From: Octopus vulgaris
Taxonomy: Eukaryota
Length of the DNA stretch: 64,000 bases
NCBI GenBank assembly: GCA_951406725.2
Contig: OX597817.1
Span: forward strand, 143,654,001 to 143,718,000
Direction of reading: 5' to 3'
Of the stretch, positions 53,019-64,000 are shown in pieces. Position 1 is the stretch's first letter. Each line of letters opens with the position of its first letter. The translations under genes were made by a program, and so were the position numbers. The notes below the pieces were generated by a model. It did no database searches. It was not told where the DNA came from and was given only the letters and a program-made list of their open reading frames with translations.

Positions 53019-53410
53019 GTGGAGGCGCAATGGCCCAGTGGTTAGGGCAGCGGACTCGCGGTCATAGGATCGCGGTTTCGATTCCCAGACCGGGTGTTGT
53101 GAGTGTTTATTGAGCGAAAACACCTAAAAGCTCCACGAGGCTCCGGCAGGGGATGGTGGTGATCCCTGCTGTACTCTTTCACCACAACTTTCTCTCACTC
53201 TTACTTCCTGTTTCTGTTGTACCTATATTTCAAGGGGCCGGCCTTGTCACTCTCTGTGTCACGCTGAAAATCCCCGAGAACTACGTTAAGGGTACACGTG
53301 TCTGTGGAGTGCTCAGCCACTTACACGTTAATTTCACGAGCAGGCTGTTCCGTTGATTCGGATCAACCGGAACCCTCATCGTCGTAACCGACGGAGTGCT
53401 TCCATTCCAT
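53019..53410 (+). mobile_element. tRNA-derived SINE family C; other copies ~37947-38280 +, 53690-54004 -, 54115-54280 +, 54582-54975 +, 60976-61343 -
   Basis: tRNA-like head ggaggcgcaatggcccagtggttagggcagcggactcgcgg..ggtttcgattccc followed by a shared non-tRNA body. Confidence 0.85.
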
Positions 53411-55079
53411 TTATAGATCATAAAATGTATGCCCAGACATAATTCACTGATGAAATGTAATGAAATAGAATAATTGCTATGAATTCTGCGAATTTAATTC
53501 TTTATTCTTTAGTTTCAAAGCAGCAGATTTTATGGGCACAGTTGTTGATGTCGCAGAAATATTGCTCTTAATTTAAATTACATGGAAAACAGGTGGATGA
53601 AACGATGAAACTATGGTCTGACACATTATATGATGTAGTAGTCCAGGGTACACCGTGTGTGAGAAATAATTAATTCTTTTATTTATTTATTTATGCTCCC
53701 TTTCCAAGCCCAGCCAGGCTCATGGGCACGGTTTCCCGGTTTCTGTGGCGTATGTGCTCCCCCACCCCGCAGCTGTACGGGACGCCAGTCCATTGCAGCG
53801 TTTCTCAAGAAATAGGAAGAAAGATTGAGAAAAAGTTGGAGCGAAAGAGTACAACAGGGGTCGCCCCCTCCCCTGCCGGAGCCTCGTGGAGCTTTAGGTG
53901 TTTTCGCTCAATAAATACACACAACGTCTGGTCTGGGAATCGAAATCGCGATCCTCCGACCGCGAGTCCGCTGCCCTAACCACTGGCATATTGCGCCTCC
54001 ACTGTGAGAAATAATGCTAAAAATAATTATGATAATAAAAATACTGGACAAACATTGGATATAGGTTTTTCTCAATCAAAGCAAACCTGGGGCCAAACAA
54101 CAACAGCAGCAGCAGTGGAGGCGCAATGGCCCAGTGGTTAGGGCAGCGGACTCGCGGTTGTAAGAATGCGGTTTCGATTCCCAGACCGAGCATTGTGAGG
54201 CTCCGGCGGGGGTGGGTGGTGAACCCTGCTGTACTCTTTCACCACAACTTTCTCTCACTCTTTCTTCCTACTTCTGCCACAAAGCAGCGGAATCATGGTG
54301 TAACCCACTATGGTGTGGTAAACTTTCAGACCCTAGTCTAGATTGCGAATTCTCTGTACCCCAGGATGGTTCAGCTCTCCACCCGTTAAAAGCCACCGTT
54401 TACGGATTGAGGATAACAACGTAGCTTTCGCGCCCGTGCAGCCGCCAGTCTATCGCGTGTGATGGGTGGATCTTCAAGTTGCCACACGCATTCTTAGTAG
54501 CTTAGAGTATACTCGAATTAGAGATTATTCTTTGTGGCTAATGGCGTGAGTCCTGATTGGAAGAAGAAGACAGCAGCAGCAGTGGAAGGCGAAATGGCCC
54601 AGTGGTTAGGGCAGCGGACTCGCGGTCGGAGGATCGCGGTTTCGATTCCCAGACCGGGCGTTGTGTGTGTTTATTGAGCGAAAACACCTAAAGTTCCACG
54701 AGGCTCCGGCAGGGGGCTGTGGCGACCCCTGTTCTACTCCTTCGCTCCAACTTTCTCTCACTCTTTCGTCCTGTTTCTTGTCCCCGACTTCCTACGCAAC
54801 CGCTGAGCTTGGATGCACATTCATCCATCCGTCGATGCTCTCGGTGTCGGGGGTTGACCTGTTTTCTCTTCTGCGGGTCTTACGAATAGCAAAGGACCAT
54901 GTTTCGGACTTCTTCAACTACAGACAATCCTGAGGCGCGATCTTGCGAGCTCTGGGACGAAGACCGCTTCGCTCAACAAAAAAACAAACAAACAAAAAGC
55001 AGCAGCAGCAGCAATAACAACAACAACAACAACAAAACTATTTGTTTTCCAAAAAGAAAATAGCCAAGAATTTACTTAC

Positions 55080-55257
55080 CAACCAACGTTAGCAGCAAAC
55101 TGTCGTTGAATAATGAAAGACACACGATGATAATTACAATCTTCGTTGAATTCCGGAACCTTGACCAACAAGTTTTTTCCTCAGCGGGGCCTTCACGCAT
55201 GACTACGATACTTGAAAGCATGTGCTCACCATCCGCCGCTGGTTCGCCGATATATTC
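55080..55257 (-). CDS. SLC18A/VMAT-like transporter exon, N-terminus + TM1
   Basis: Encodes ...RNSTKIVIIIVCLSLFNDSLLLTLV, like VMAT [22 protein letters not shown]. ttttcatcctcag acceptor, G|gtaagt donor. Confidence 0.9.
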
Positions 55258-57320
55258 CTGAGGATGAAAACGATGTTGAAACAAGTTGCTTGCAATAAAA
55301 TTACTATCTTTGAAGGTTCATGGTAACATATTGTGACATATCGTAGTATCTTGCAACATCTGATAACATGTAACATTTGATAACACCTCGTAACATCTGA
55401 TAGTATATTGCAACATCTGGTTACATCTAGTAATATCTCCCGGGAAAATTCTGACCACTATACACCAACGAGTCAACGAGGGAAACTCTGATATGTTGCC
55501 GACTTGCGAGAAATAGCACTGAAATAATTTTTAAAGTACACCCTACAAACTTAAAAATAAAGACCAGTTGATCATGTAGTTCTACATACATTGTGTCTGA
55601 AAAACAAAAGTTAGGAGGGCGATCATGGCTAGACCCATTTTTGAACATAGCTTTGTTTAATCAGAGCTACTACTGAGACAACAACAACAACAATAATTAC
55701 TACAACACCATCTATTGTATTCATTTTATATATTCTCAGTATTTAAAAAAAATTTTAATCAATTATGGAATTATTTAACCATTATATAAATTCTAAATTA
55801 TTTCACATAAAATATTCACCGAAAATCCTTTACATTTATTTATTAAACCGCAAAAGCAAATTTTTGGTTTTGTATAAAAGAATATGTATGCATAATTAAA
55901 TTTAAATATAAAAGAATAAAGAACACACATCACGCGATGATAGGAATTTTAACCGCATAGTTCCTGTTTAAATGACTTAACTCCTATTAAGGAATTTACA
56001 TTAACCGAACAATAGCCATTCTACAGTCTTTCATATGACCTGAAAAGTATTCGTTTTGTGAAAGTGCATTGTAATATCTGTCTTGAGAAGTGACACGAAA
56101 TCTGCTTGTATTGAGAAGCTTTTGTAATTGAGAATATTATTGATATTTATATTTTATAGACCCTAGCGTACCACTGGTATTTATTGTGTTCTAGTCTACA
56201 CGGAATAAAATTGGTAACAAAAAGTCAGTTTCAACACAAGATGAATTAAAATTTTGTAATGCAGGGAAAACTACGTTTCTGCAAACAGTCTGCTTTTTTT
56301 TCTCTCCTTGTTTTTTTTTTCTGTGTCCCTTTCTGTAGAAGAGCGTAGGCTCGAAACACAAAAGACTTTTTCAATTCCTGAACGTTATACTAATACATAT
56401 GCTTGTTTTGTACACCACCTGTCTTCGTCTTTTGTTTTTTTCGTGAACTCCCCCCTATAAATTATTTATCTCTGACAAGGACAGAGCTTACCACACTTAC
56501 CTCCCTTTCCTTCCCGTTAACTCATTCCCCTTCTCTCCTAAACATACGACACTAATTTTTAAGGGACATATCAGAATAAAAATAACTCCCAAATGTTTGA
56601 CGAAACGTCTTGAGGTATATTAAAATCTACCTCCTCTTTCCTGCAATAACATCTTTCGCGATTAACTCCCAATGTCAATGTTAAGAGGATAAAAATGGCA
56701 TTAAACAGGATTTGTAATCAAAGCTAATGATGGATAAGGCGATGAAGGTGTGAAAATGAAATATAAATACAAATCTACTGTTTGTATCTTTTAGTTTATT
56801 TTCTGAATTTTTATTTGTAATGTTTTAAAGTTTATCCATTTATCAACGGTTTAGCATACTCCTCTATGTTGTGAGCTTTGATTGAATGACATCTGTGATC
56901 AAAGGCGTTCCAGCCATGATTATCTCGTCCATTACCCGGGCATTGTGTATGTAGGACTATCACCCGTTTTCGCATCATCACCACCTACCGCTTGAGTACC
57001 TTTCACAGGGGCAGCTCTGTTGCAAGCATTCAGGCCAGGTCACCTATTTAAATTTAACTACTGCCTTCCTTCCTACTACAGCCGCTCTTGGTGGTCCCAG
57101 AAAAAAAATAAAGGTCAACAATGCTGCCTTTACTTCCTTGACTAATGAAGGCATGGTATATTTTGAGGGACTGTTGACTGCTATTAGTAAAAAGTTGAGC
57201 AGCCTCATAGAGTCTCCTTCGTCGTCTTTCCCCCCCTTCCTTGTCATTGTTTTATAGGTGACTAAAGCAACAAATAAACATAGTTTGCGATTCAGTTGAA
57301 ACATTTTCAGGATTGCTCAC

Positions 57321-57323
57321 CAT
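57321..57323 (-). CDS. SLC18A-like transporter, tentative first exon ending in ATG
   Basis: Minus strand reads gcagcagtagATG|gtgagc. A phase-0 splice to the 55257 acceptor gives in-frame MEYIGEP. A CACGTG E-box lies ~55 nt upstream. An alternative start is ATG at 55221. Confidence 0.4.
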
Positions 57324-57960
57324 CTACTGCTGCCACAATTCAGCAACAATCAGAAGGAAACGAAACGCCAGCAAACACGTGATTTTTGCCAGAGAAACAT
57401 GGGAACTTCCAGAACTAATTTCATGAAAGATTAATTTAGTTTATTCCAATATATTTTCTTTTTTATTTCTGCATGACTAAATCAACTTATAAGCGATTGA
57501 AGCCAGTGGCATATTTTGTTAAAAATGTAAATACTTTCTTTTTTATCCATGGAAAACTTTTCAAAGCTTTTCTTCTTTCTTAAATATTTTAATTAAAAAA
57601 AATTTAAATATAAATTTACTGGAAGGCGGTGAACTGGTATAATCGTTAGCACGCCGGGCAAAATGCTTAGTGGAATTTCGTCCGTCTTTAGGTTCTGAGT
57701 TCAAATTCTGCCAAGGCTCATTTTGTCTTTCATCTTTTCACTCTTCGACAGAAAGGAACTCAGAAATAAACAGGGAGAGAAAATAAAAAAAAGGTTTAGT
57801 GGCTAGCGATCTATCATGGCTTGGAAGTTTAGTTCACAGGTGATCTAAGCGATTAGATACGCTAGGTAAGTACTGTAACGGATCACTAGGGCTCCAAGAT
57901 TATAGCCAAAATGGTAGTTATGGAGCCATTGCAGAGTTTCGATGCAGCGAATATACAATC

Positions 57961-58084
57961 GTTAAATAGGACAGCAAACATTAAGGCAAGGCAAACATCT
58001 CATGTCGAAAACAATATTCCTATAATAATACTGTATACGACTTGAGATGTTTGCCTTGCCTTAATATTTACTGTCCTATTTAAC
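57961..58084. repeat. 124-bp hairpin
   Basis: gttaaataggacagcaaacattaaggcaaggcaaacatctca pairs with tgagatgtttgccttgccttaatatttactgtcctatttaac. Confidence 0.9.
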
Positions 58085-58169
58085 AGTTATACATACATAC
58101 ATACATACTTACTTACTTACTTACTTTCATACATACATACATACATACATACATACATACATACATACA

Positions 58170-58202
<33 letters not shown>

Positions 58203-58205
<3 letters not shown>

Positions 58206-58627
58206 TATAGGAAAATGTGTTGCTGAAAATGCACTTAAATTTCAAAAATTCGTAAATGTTTACATATATACCAAACTAGTTTCAACAATATTTTTTGTTT
58301 ATCAATGGTAAAAGTGTAAAATAAGAAAAACATCGTTATAAGTTTCAATGTTGACAAATCAAAACGTTTAAAATGTTGACAAACTGAAATGTTTCAATGT
58401 TGATTTTAATTTAACAACATTGAAACATTTCAATTTGTCAATATTAAACATTTTGATTTGTCAACATTGAAACTTATAACGATGTTTTTCTTATTTTACA
58501 CTTTTACCATTGATAAACAAAAAATATTGTTGAAACTAGTTTGGTATATATGTAAGTAAATGTATTTTAAACATTTACGAATTTTTGAAATTTAAGTGCA
58601 TTTTCAGCAACACATTTTCCTATATAT
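58203..58627. repeat. ~420-bp AT-rich fold-back palindrome (MITE-like, TA-flanked)
   Basis: ggaaaatgtgttgctgaaaatgc... is mirrored by ...gcattttcagcaacacattttcc. ~200-bp arms with one small indel. Confidence 0.92.
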
Positions 58628-58662
58628 TTCCTTTCCTGTGTGGAAAACACGACGCCCTCTTT

Positions 58663-58744
<82 letters not shown>

Positions 58745-58859
58745 AAAACGCAATAGAAGGCATTAAATCGTTCGGACAGATAGACGATACAAAGGCGGAC
58801 AAGAGAAACAACAATTAGAAGGACAGGCAAAAAAAGACGGGTTATTTTGGGCTTTCATT

Positions 58860-58902
<43 letters not shown>

Positions 58903-59103
58903 ATCCAAACAAGAAAACACAGAAAAAAAGAGAAAAAAACACAGCAACGCGAGGACGTGGAACAATTAAAGTATTATTGACGCCCAGGAAAGAAGGGAAG
59001 GAGGGTTTAACGTTTCGAGCGGAGCTCTTCGTCGGAAACAAGGAGAAGGAAAGATCCCAAGAAGGGAAGACAGAGGAAAAAATATTTTTGCTGGTGGTGC
59101 TCA

Positions 59104-59225
<122 letters not shown>

Positions 59226-59294
59226 ATTACTATATAAACATAATGAGTATGCCATACTTTATATGGCAATACTCGTGTGGTCAAACTGACAAGG

Positions 59295-59395
59295 CGAAAA
59301 CAATAACAAAAACAACTACTATTGCAGCAACAACAGCAACAGCTACTGCCGCTACTGCCGCCGCCATTGCCACCACCACCACCACCACCACCACC

Positions 59396-59438
<43 letters not shown>

Positions 59439-59440
59439 GA

Positions 59441-59511
<71 letters not shown>

Positions 59512-59551
59512 CGCTGCTATTGCTGCTGCTGCTACTAGCACCACCACCACC
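59295..59551. repeat. Compound trinucleotide repeat (CAA/CAG/CCA/CTA/CTG)
   Basis: Directly visible, next to a ~110-bp (TA)n at 59106-59215. Confidence 0.95.
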
Positions 59552-60211
59552 GAATGTTACTAAAGTATATTGTAGAGTGAAGAAATAACCATAAACGAAA
59601 TTCTGCTGTGAGGGACGAAGGGGTTTGTTGCTGTTGTTGTTTTTGTTTAACACTAGGTCAACCATGTTCAAGCAGGCTTTATAAGCATATGTATTAGTTG
59701 TGCGAGTCATGAGTGAGTTGGTCCTTATTTCTAGCAGGTCAGTCAGCCACGTAGAGGCGCGTTATTGTGAGAGGTGTGACGGGGTTTGGTGACATGTCCT
59801 ATTGTGATAAAATGAAGTAGAAGAGGAGGAGTTGGAAGGGGGAGAGATGAGAAGAGGATTAGGAGGAGGAGGAGGAGAAAAGAGGGAAGACGAGAGGAAA
59901 GGAGGTTGAGAGAAAGAGAAGCGAAAGGAGAAAAGATGAGAGAAAGAAAGAGAAAGAGAGAAAGCGAGAGAGAGAGAGAAGAGCTAGAGAGGGAATAATG
60001 AATAGAAATAGAAAGCGAAAAGAAAGAGGAAAGAAGAGGAAAGAGACTGAGGAGAAAAGGGAGGATAGATGAGAGAGAGAGGGAGAGAAGGAGAGAGAAA
60101 AATATAAGGCTAGGATAAAAAAGGTGAGAAATGAGAAAGGAATAGGTGGGGCAGTGAATGAGAATGCGATTAAGGAAGAGAAAAAGGAATAGTACTAAGT
60201 AGAGAGAGAGG

Positions 60212-60255
<44 letters not shown>

Positions 60256-60478
60256 GGATTAGAGAGAAAAGGACAGAGAGATAAAGAGTAGAGAGAATGT
60301 GGGAGGAACCAAATGGCAAAATATTAAAGAAATTCCGACAGAAAAATAACAAAATAAAATGAAAGACAAGGAGACATATTTTAATCACATGACTAAGTAA
60401 TGGCGGCCAAGACTGTTGCCCGAGGCAGAATATAACATTTAGTTATAGAGTTGAGTTTTTAGTGAAATAACAGGTCAT

Positions 60479-61543
60479 AAATTATATACTGTCACCATAG
60501 TTTTGATAGAGATTGGTTAAATGACATCAGCAAAGAATGAAATCGGTCAAATTTAGTCCAGATCTTTTCTTTCTTTCCTTGTTTTTAGTCGAAATTATAC
60601 ATAACTAACCTTAATTTATCCTAATAATTGAAATTATTTAAATATATCCTCTGCTTGATGGTTTCACATGTAACACATGTCTATTTATAGTCGCCCTGTG
60701 AGAAATAGCAGCCAATTTTTTAAAATCATACCATTATGTCTTTAAAAATGAAGAAAATGCATGTAAGATAACGTAACCTTAGATATAACTTGTCTGAAAA
60801 AAAATGAAAAAAAGAAAAATACTGGATGACCACAGCTGGAGCGTCTTTAATCAAAAGATACAAGAGGCTCTCTGGATGCCGAAGCTGATGATGCACAGGT
60901 ACGAACTGAAGCTGAAATATCTACAGATATTCCTTGACGGCGAAGTCGGTGAACAGTTGCGGTCGCTGTTGCTATTGAGCGAACGGTCTTCGTCCCAGAG
61001 CTCGCAAGATGGGAGAAGTCCGAAACATGGTCCTTTGCTATTCGTAAGACCCGCAGAAGAGAAAACAGGTCAACCCCCGACACCGAGAGCATCGACGGAT
61101 GGATGAATGCGCATCCAGGCTCAGCGGTTGCGTAGGAAGTCGGGGACAAGAAACAGGAAGAAAGAGGAGAGAAAGTTGGGCCGAAAGAGTACAACAGGGC
61201 TCGCCACCACCCCCGCCGGAGCCTCGTGGAGCTTTAGGTGTTTTCGCTCAATAAACACACACAACGCTCGGTCTGGAAATCGAAACCGCGATCCTCCGAC
61301 CGCGAGTCCGTTGCCCTAACCACTGGGCCATTTCGCCTCCACTGCGGTCGCTGTTCGTTCCCTCTGCTCATCTCTTTAATTAGCTGTCGTCCGGGCTCAG
61401 GTGCAAATTATATACTGTCACCATAGTTTTGCTAGAGATTGGTTAAATGACATCAGCAAAGAATGAAATCGGTCAAATTTAGTCCAGATCTTTTCTTTCT
61501 TTCCTTGCTTTTAGTCGAAATTATACATAACTAACCTTAATTT
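60479..61543 (+). repeat. 139-bp direct repeat pair (60479-60617 and 61405-61543)
   Basis: aaattatatactgtcaccatag...ctaaccttaattt is repeated with about two mismatches. Confidence 0.92.
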
Positions 61544-61559
61544 TGGTTCTGGAATATTG

Positions 61560-62175
61560 CTAAGCGCTCACTACACTCTACCAACTAAAGTATATCGTTA
61601 GTAGAAAGTCAAGTCTCACATTGTATAGAAGTTTTAGTGGACGATATAAACGATGATGGTTTGGGAGTGAATCTGGACAATTTCCAAATGTCCATACGAG
61701 GTACTGCTGTAGTGAGGTGCAGAAGTTTGCTGCTGAGGATTATCTCTACAGGCTTAGTGGTATGGGACCGCCAGCAACAGAACCTGGTCACATGTTGACG
61801 AAGCTGCCAGGTACGCATTCGTTCGGTGTCCGTGCATTTGCTGATGTCAAACAGCTGTTATAATGCGCGGGTTGGGTTCGGTTGTCAACTGACTCTATCT
61901 TGCACGGAAGAATGGGCAGTTCTTCCTTTGTCTGGTGGCTAATGTGAAGGAAGTTGTATGGTGGATGCGGTTGAAAGATTCAAAGATCCACCTTTTCCCA
62001 TCAAGCCAAACTCTCACGAACTCTTTCCTGTATCACAGGAGAAGGAAGTTGAGACTAGAGATAAAGGTGCTACCCTATTAAATTTTATTAAGGGTGGATA
62101 AAAATGGCGAAACCGTCATGTCCAAATGGAACCACATTAAGTATGTGGTTGTATGTTGGCGGCAAGAACTAAAAG
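61560..62175 (-). mobile_element. Possible highly decayed retroelement RT-like fragment
   Basis: Higher-complexity block. The minus frame gives WFPFGHDGFAIF, which resembles the WxRYVDDxFxI RT motif. Many stops. Confidence 0.25.
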
Positions 62176-63398
62176 ACACTAACCTTCATCTTTTTTTTAG
62201 TCAGGAGAGAAGACAGTGTCCATGACCCTTTACAGGGCCTCTAAAATACCAATGGGTGGGGGTAGGGGAGGGAAAGTCACTTTAGATGAGAGATCTGATT
62301 CAAATGCATGCAACCGAGTGGAATCCACTAATGGTACCCAAGGTTGCAGATGATAGCCTTAAACAGGGTGACAAATTAAGTTGAGGGAATTCGCTGGTGT
62401 GTGTCAGTTGCTCTCATGTGTCATCCTCTGTGGTTGGTCTCCCATATTGAGGAACTTTTTCTTACCTTTCTTGTGCTCTCTACTGTTAGTTTTTTTTTCT
62501 TTATTGTTAGTTTTATTAATTATTTATCAATTAAAGTGGTTTTATTGTTACGACTGATCTCCCCATCATTCTTAACATCAATCCATTCACTCCACCCATT
62601 GATTCTTATTTTTCTGATGCATATTTGCTTTGTGTCCAATAAAAGAACGCACCACCACCACCACCACCACCACCACCACCACCACCACCACCGCCACCAC
62701 CGTCACTACTATTTATAAAAAAACTATTATATGCTAATTTTAAAAGTGCAGGGATATTATCCCGAGGTTTAGTGACGACAAGTCTCCTCAATTCTCAATA
62801 ATCTTTCACAGGATTCTTGCAGAGTACTGGATGTGGGTCGGCAATGAAAGTTTTATTTCCCAAATTTTAAGTAGCAGTTTAGACGTTGTACCAAAGCATC
62901 AATTGCCACAAGAATAATTATCACCTTTGTCTTCTACTATCTCTTCGTCTCTCTGTGTTGGAGTTGATATTTTTCATTTCCCCCCCAATTGCTTTGGCAT
63001 TCGCTCTACCATCGAATGCTTCTTCAGAGCCTTGCAATGTTTGCTTATTTTGCTCTCTATAACCAAGATGGTTGGATAACGTCCACGACCTCGGTTGGTC
63101 TTGCTTGGGGATCCAACCGGATCAACTGGAGATGGTTGCTTCTGACAGGACCCAATGGAAGGTGTGCTTGAGGAATCTGCCCCTACGATCCCACCAGGCC
63201 AGGATTAAGTGAGCGAAGAGGATGAGATGTGATAACCATGTCTGGTCTTCTTGCTTCAACAGTATGTTCAATCTTTATGGGAGTCCCATAAAATTCTGTA
63301 ATTCTTTAGGTCTTCCACAGCCTCTGGTTCTGGTTTGTCTTTAAACTACTTTGTTGATTCTTAGAAACAACACCCACGGTTAACATCCCAATGCACGA

Positions 63399-63759
63399 TC
63401 TTTTTCTTCTTCTTCTTCTTCTTCCTCCTCCTCCTCCTCCTCCTTTTTCTTCTTCCTCCTCCTCCTCCTCCTCCTCCTTTTTCTTCTTCTTCCCCTCCTC
63501 CTCCTCCTCCTTCTTCTTCCTCCTCCTCCTCCTTCTTCTTCCCCTCCTCCTCCTTCTTCTTCCCCTCCTCCTCCTTCTTCTTCCCCTCCTCCTCCTTCTT
63601 CTTCCCCTCCTCTCCTTCTTCTTCCTCCTCCTCCTCCTCTTCGTCCCCCTCCTCCCCCTCCCCCTCCTCCTCCTCCTTCTCTTTTTCTTCTTCTTCTTCT
63701 TCTTCTTCTTCTTCTTCTTCTTCTCCTCCTCCTCCTCCTCCTCCTCCTCCTCCTCCTCC
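63399..63759. repeat. 360-bp polypyrimidine (CTT/CCT)n tract; a purine-rich tract lies at ~59815-60300
   Basis: Almost no purines on the + strand. Confidence 0.95.
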
Positions 63760-64000
63760 ATATAACCTAAATTATGAATTACAGTTTGTTCTTCTCGCTC
63801 TAATTATACACTTCAATCTTAATCAGCTGCTTCTGCTTGTTCTTGTTCTTATTCTTCTGGAGGGGAAACCCGACCCCTCCCCCCACATCCTCTACTGTCC
63901 CACACTCAAATTAGCACGTTATTGGGTCGCCTATAATGCAACCACCCGGCAAGGCCATTGAGTAACTTTACTTCTCCATTTCTCTCTTCTTCTTTCTTTC

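Noticed and set aside
53019-53095. Apparent tRNA genes at SINE heads (also ~37950, 39496, 54115, 54582)
   Set aside because: They lack a proper acceptor stem and run into shared SINE bodies, some with TSDs.
57044-57304. 86-aa minus-strand ORF near the transporter 5' end
   Set aside because: It has no recognisable domain and lies just inside the tentative first intron.
21799-57323. Assigning the symbol SLC18A2/VMAT or SLC18A3/VAChT
   Set aside because: Family membership is clear, but key residues differ from both and no flanking ChAT exons are seen. Orthology needs a phylogeny.
63306-63765. Protamine-like Arg/Lys/Glu-rich ORF
   Set aside because: It is a product of the (CTT/CCT)n tract, with no supporting gene structure.

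Overview
Repeat- and microsatellite-rich animal genomic DNA. The SINE/LINE landscape suggests a coleoid cephalopod, probably Octopus; this is an inference. Two spliced genes lie tail-to-tail. (1) The last six coding exons of splicing factor 45 (RBM17/SPF45; G-patch + UHM) lie on + at 2839-11946, and its 5' part is outside the window. (2) An apparently complete SLC18A/VMAT-like vesicular transporter lies on - at 57323-21799, with 16 well-supported exons plus a tentative ATG exon (~472 aa). I assembled it by hand, and all introns are GT-AG with consistent phases. It keeps the VMAT fold, D33, K138, R189, D426 and the dileucine trafficking motif. It has lost E312, D399 and the aromatic gate residues, and gained new membrane aspartates, so it is a candidate orphan vesicular transporter with a new substrate. 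The rest of the window holds a full-length irritans-type mariner, other Tc1/mariner relics, an R4/Dong-type LINE end in an (AAT)n array, RTE-LINE tails and four tRNA-derived SINE families. It also holds several long fold-back hairpins, a 5'-truncated tRNA-Gly and an apparent CpG-decay boundary near 25-26 kb. Nearly all supplied ORFs are spurious. Repeat boundaries are approximate.
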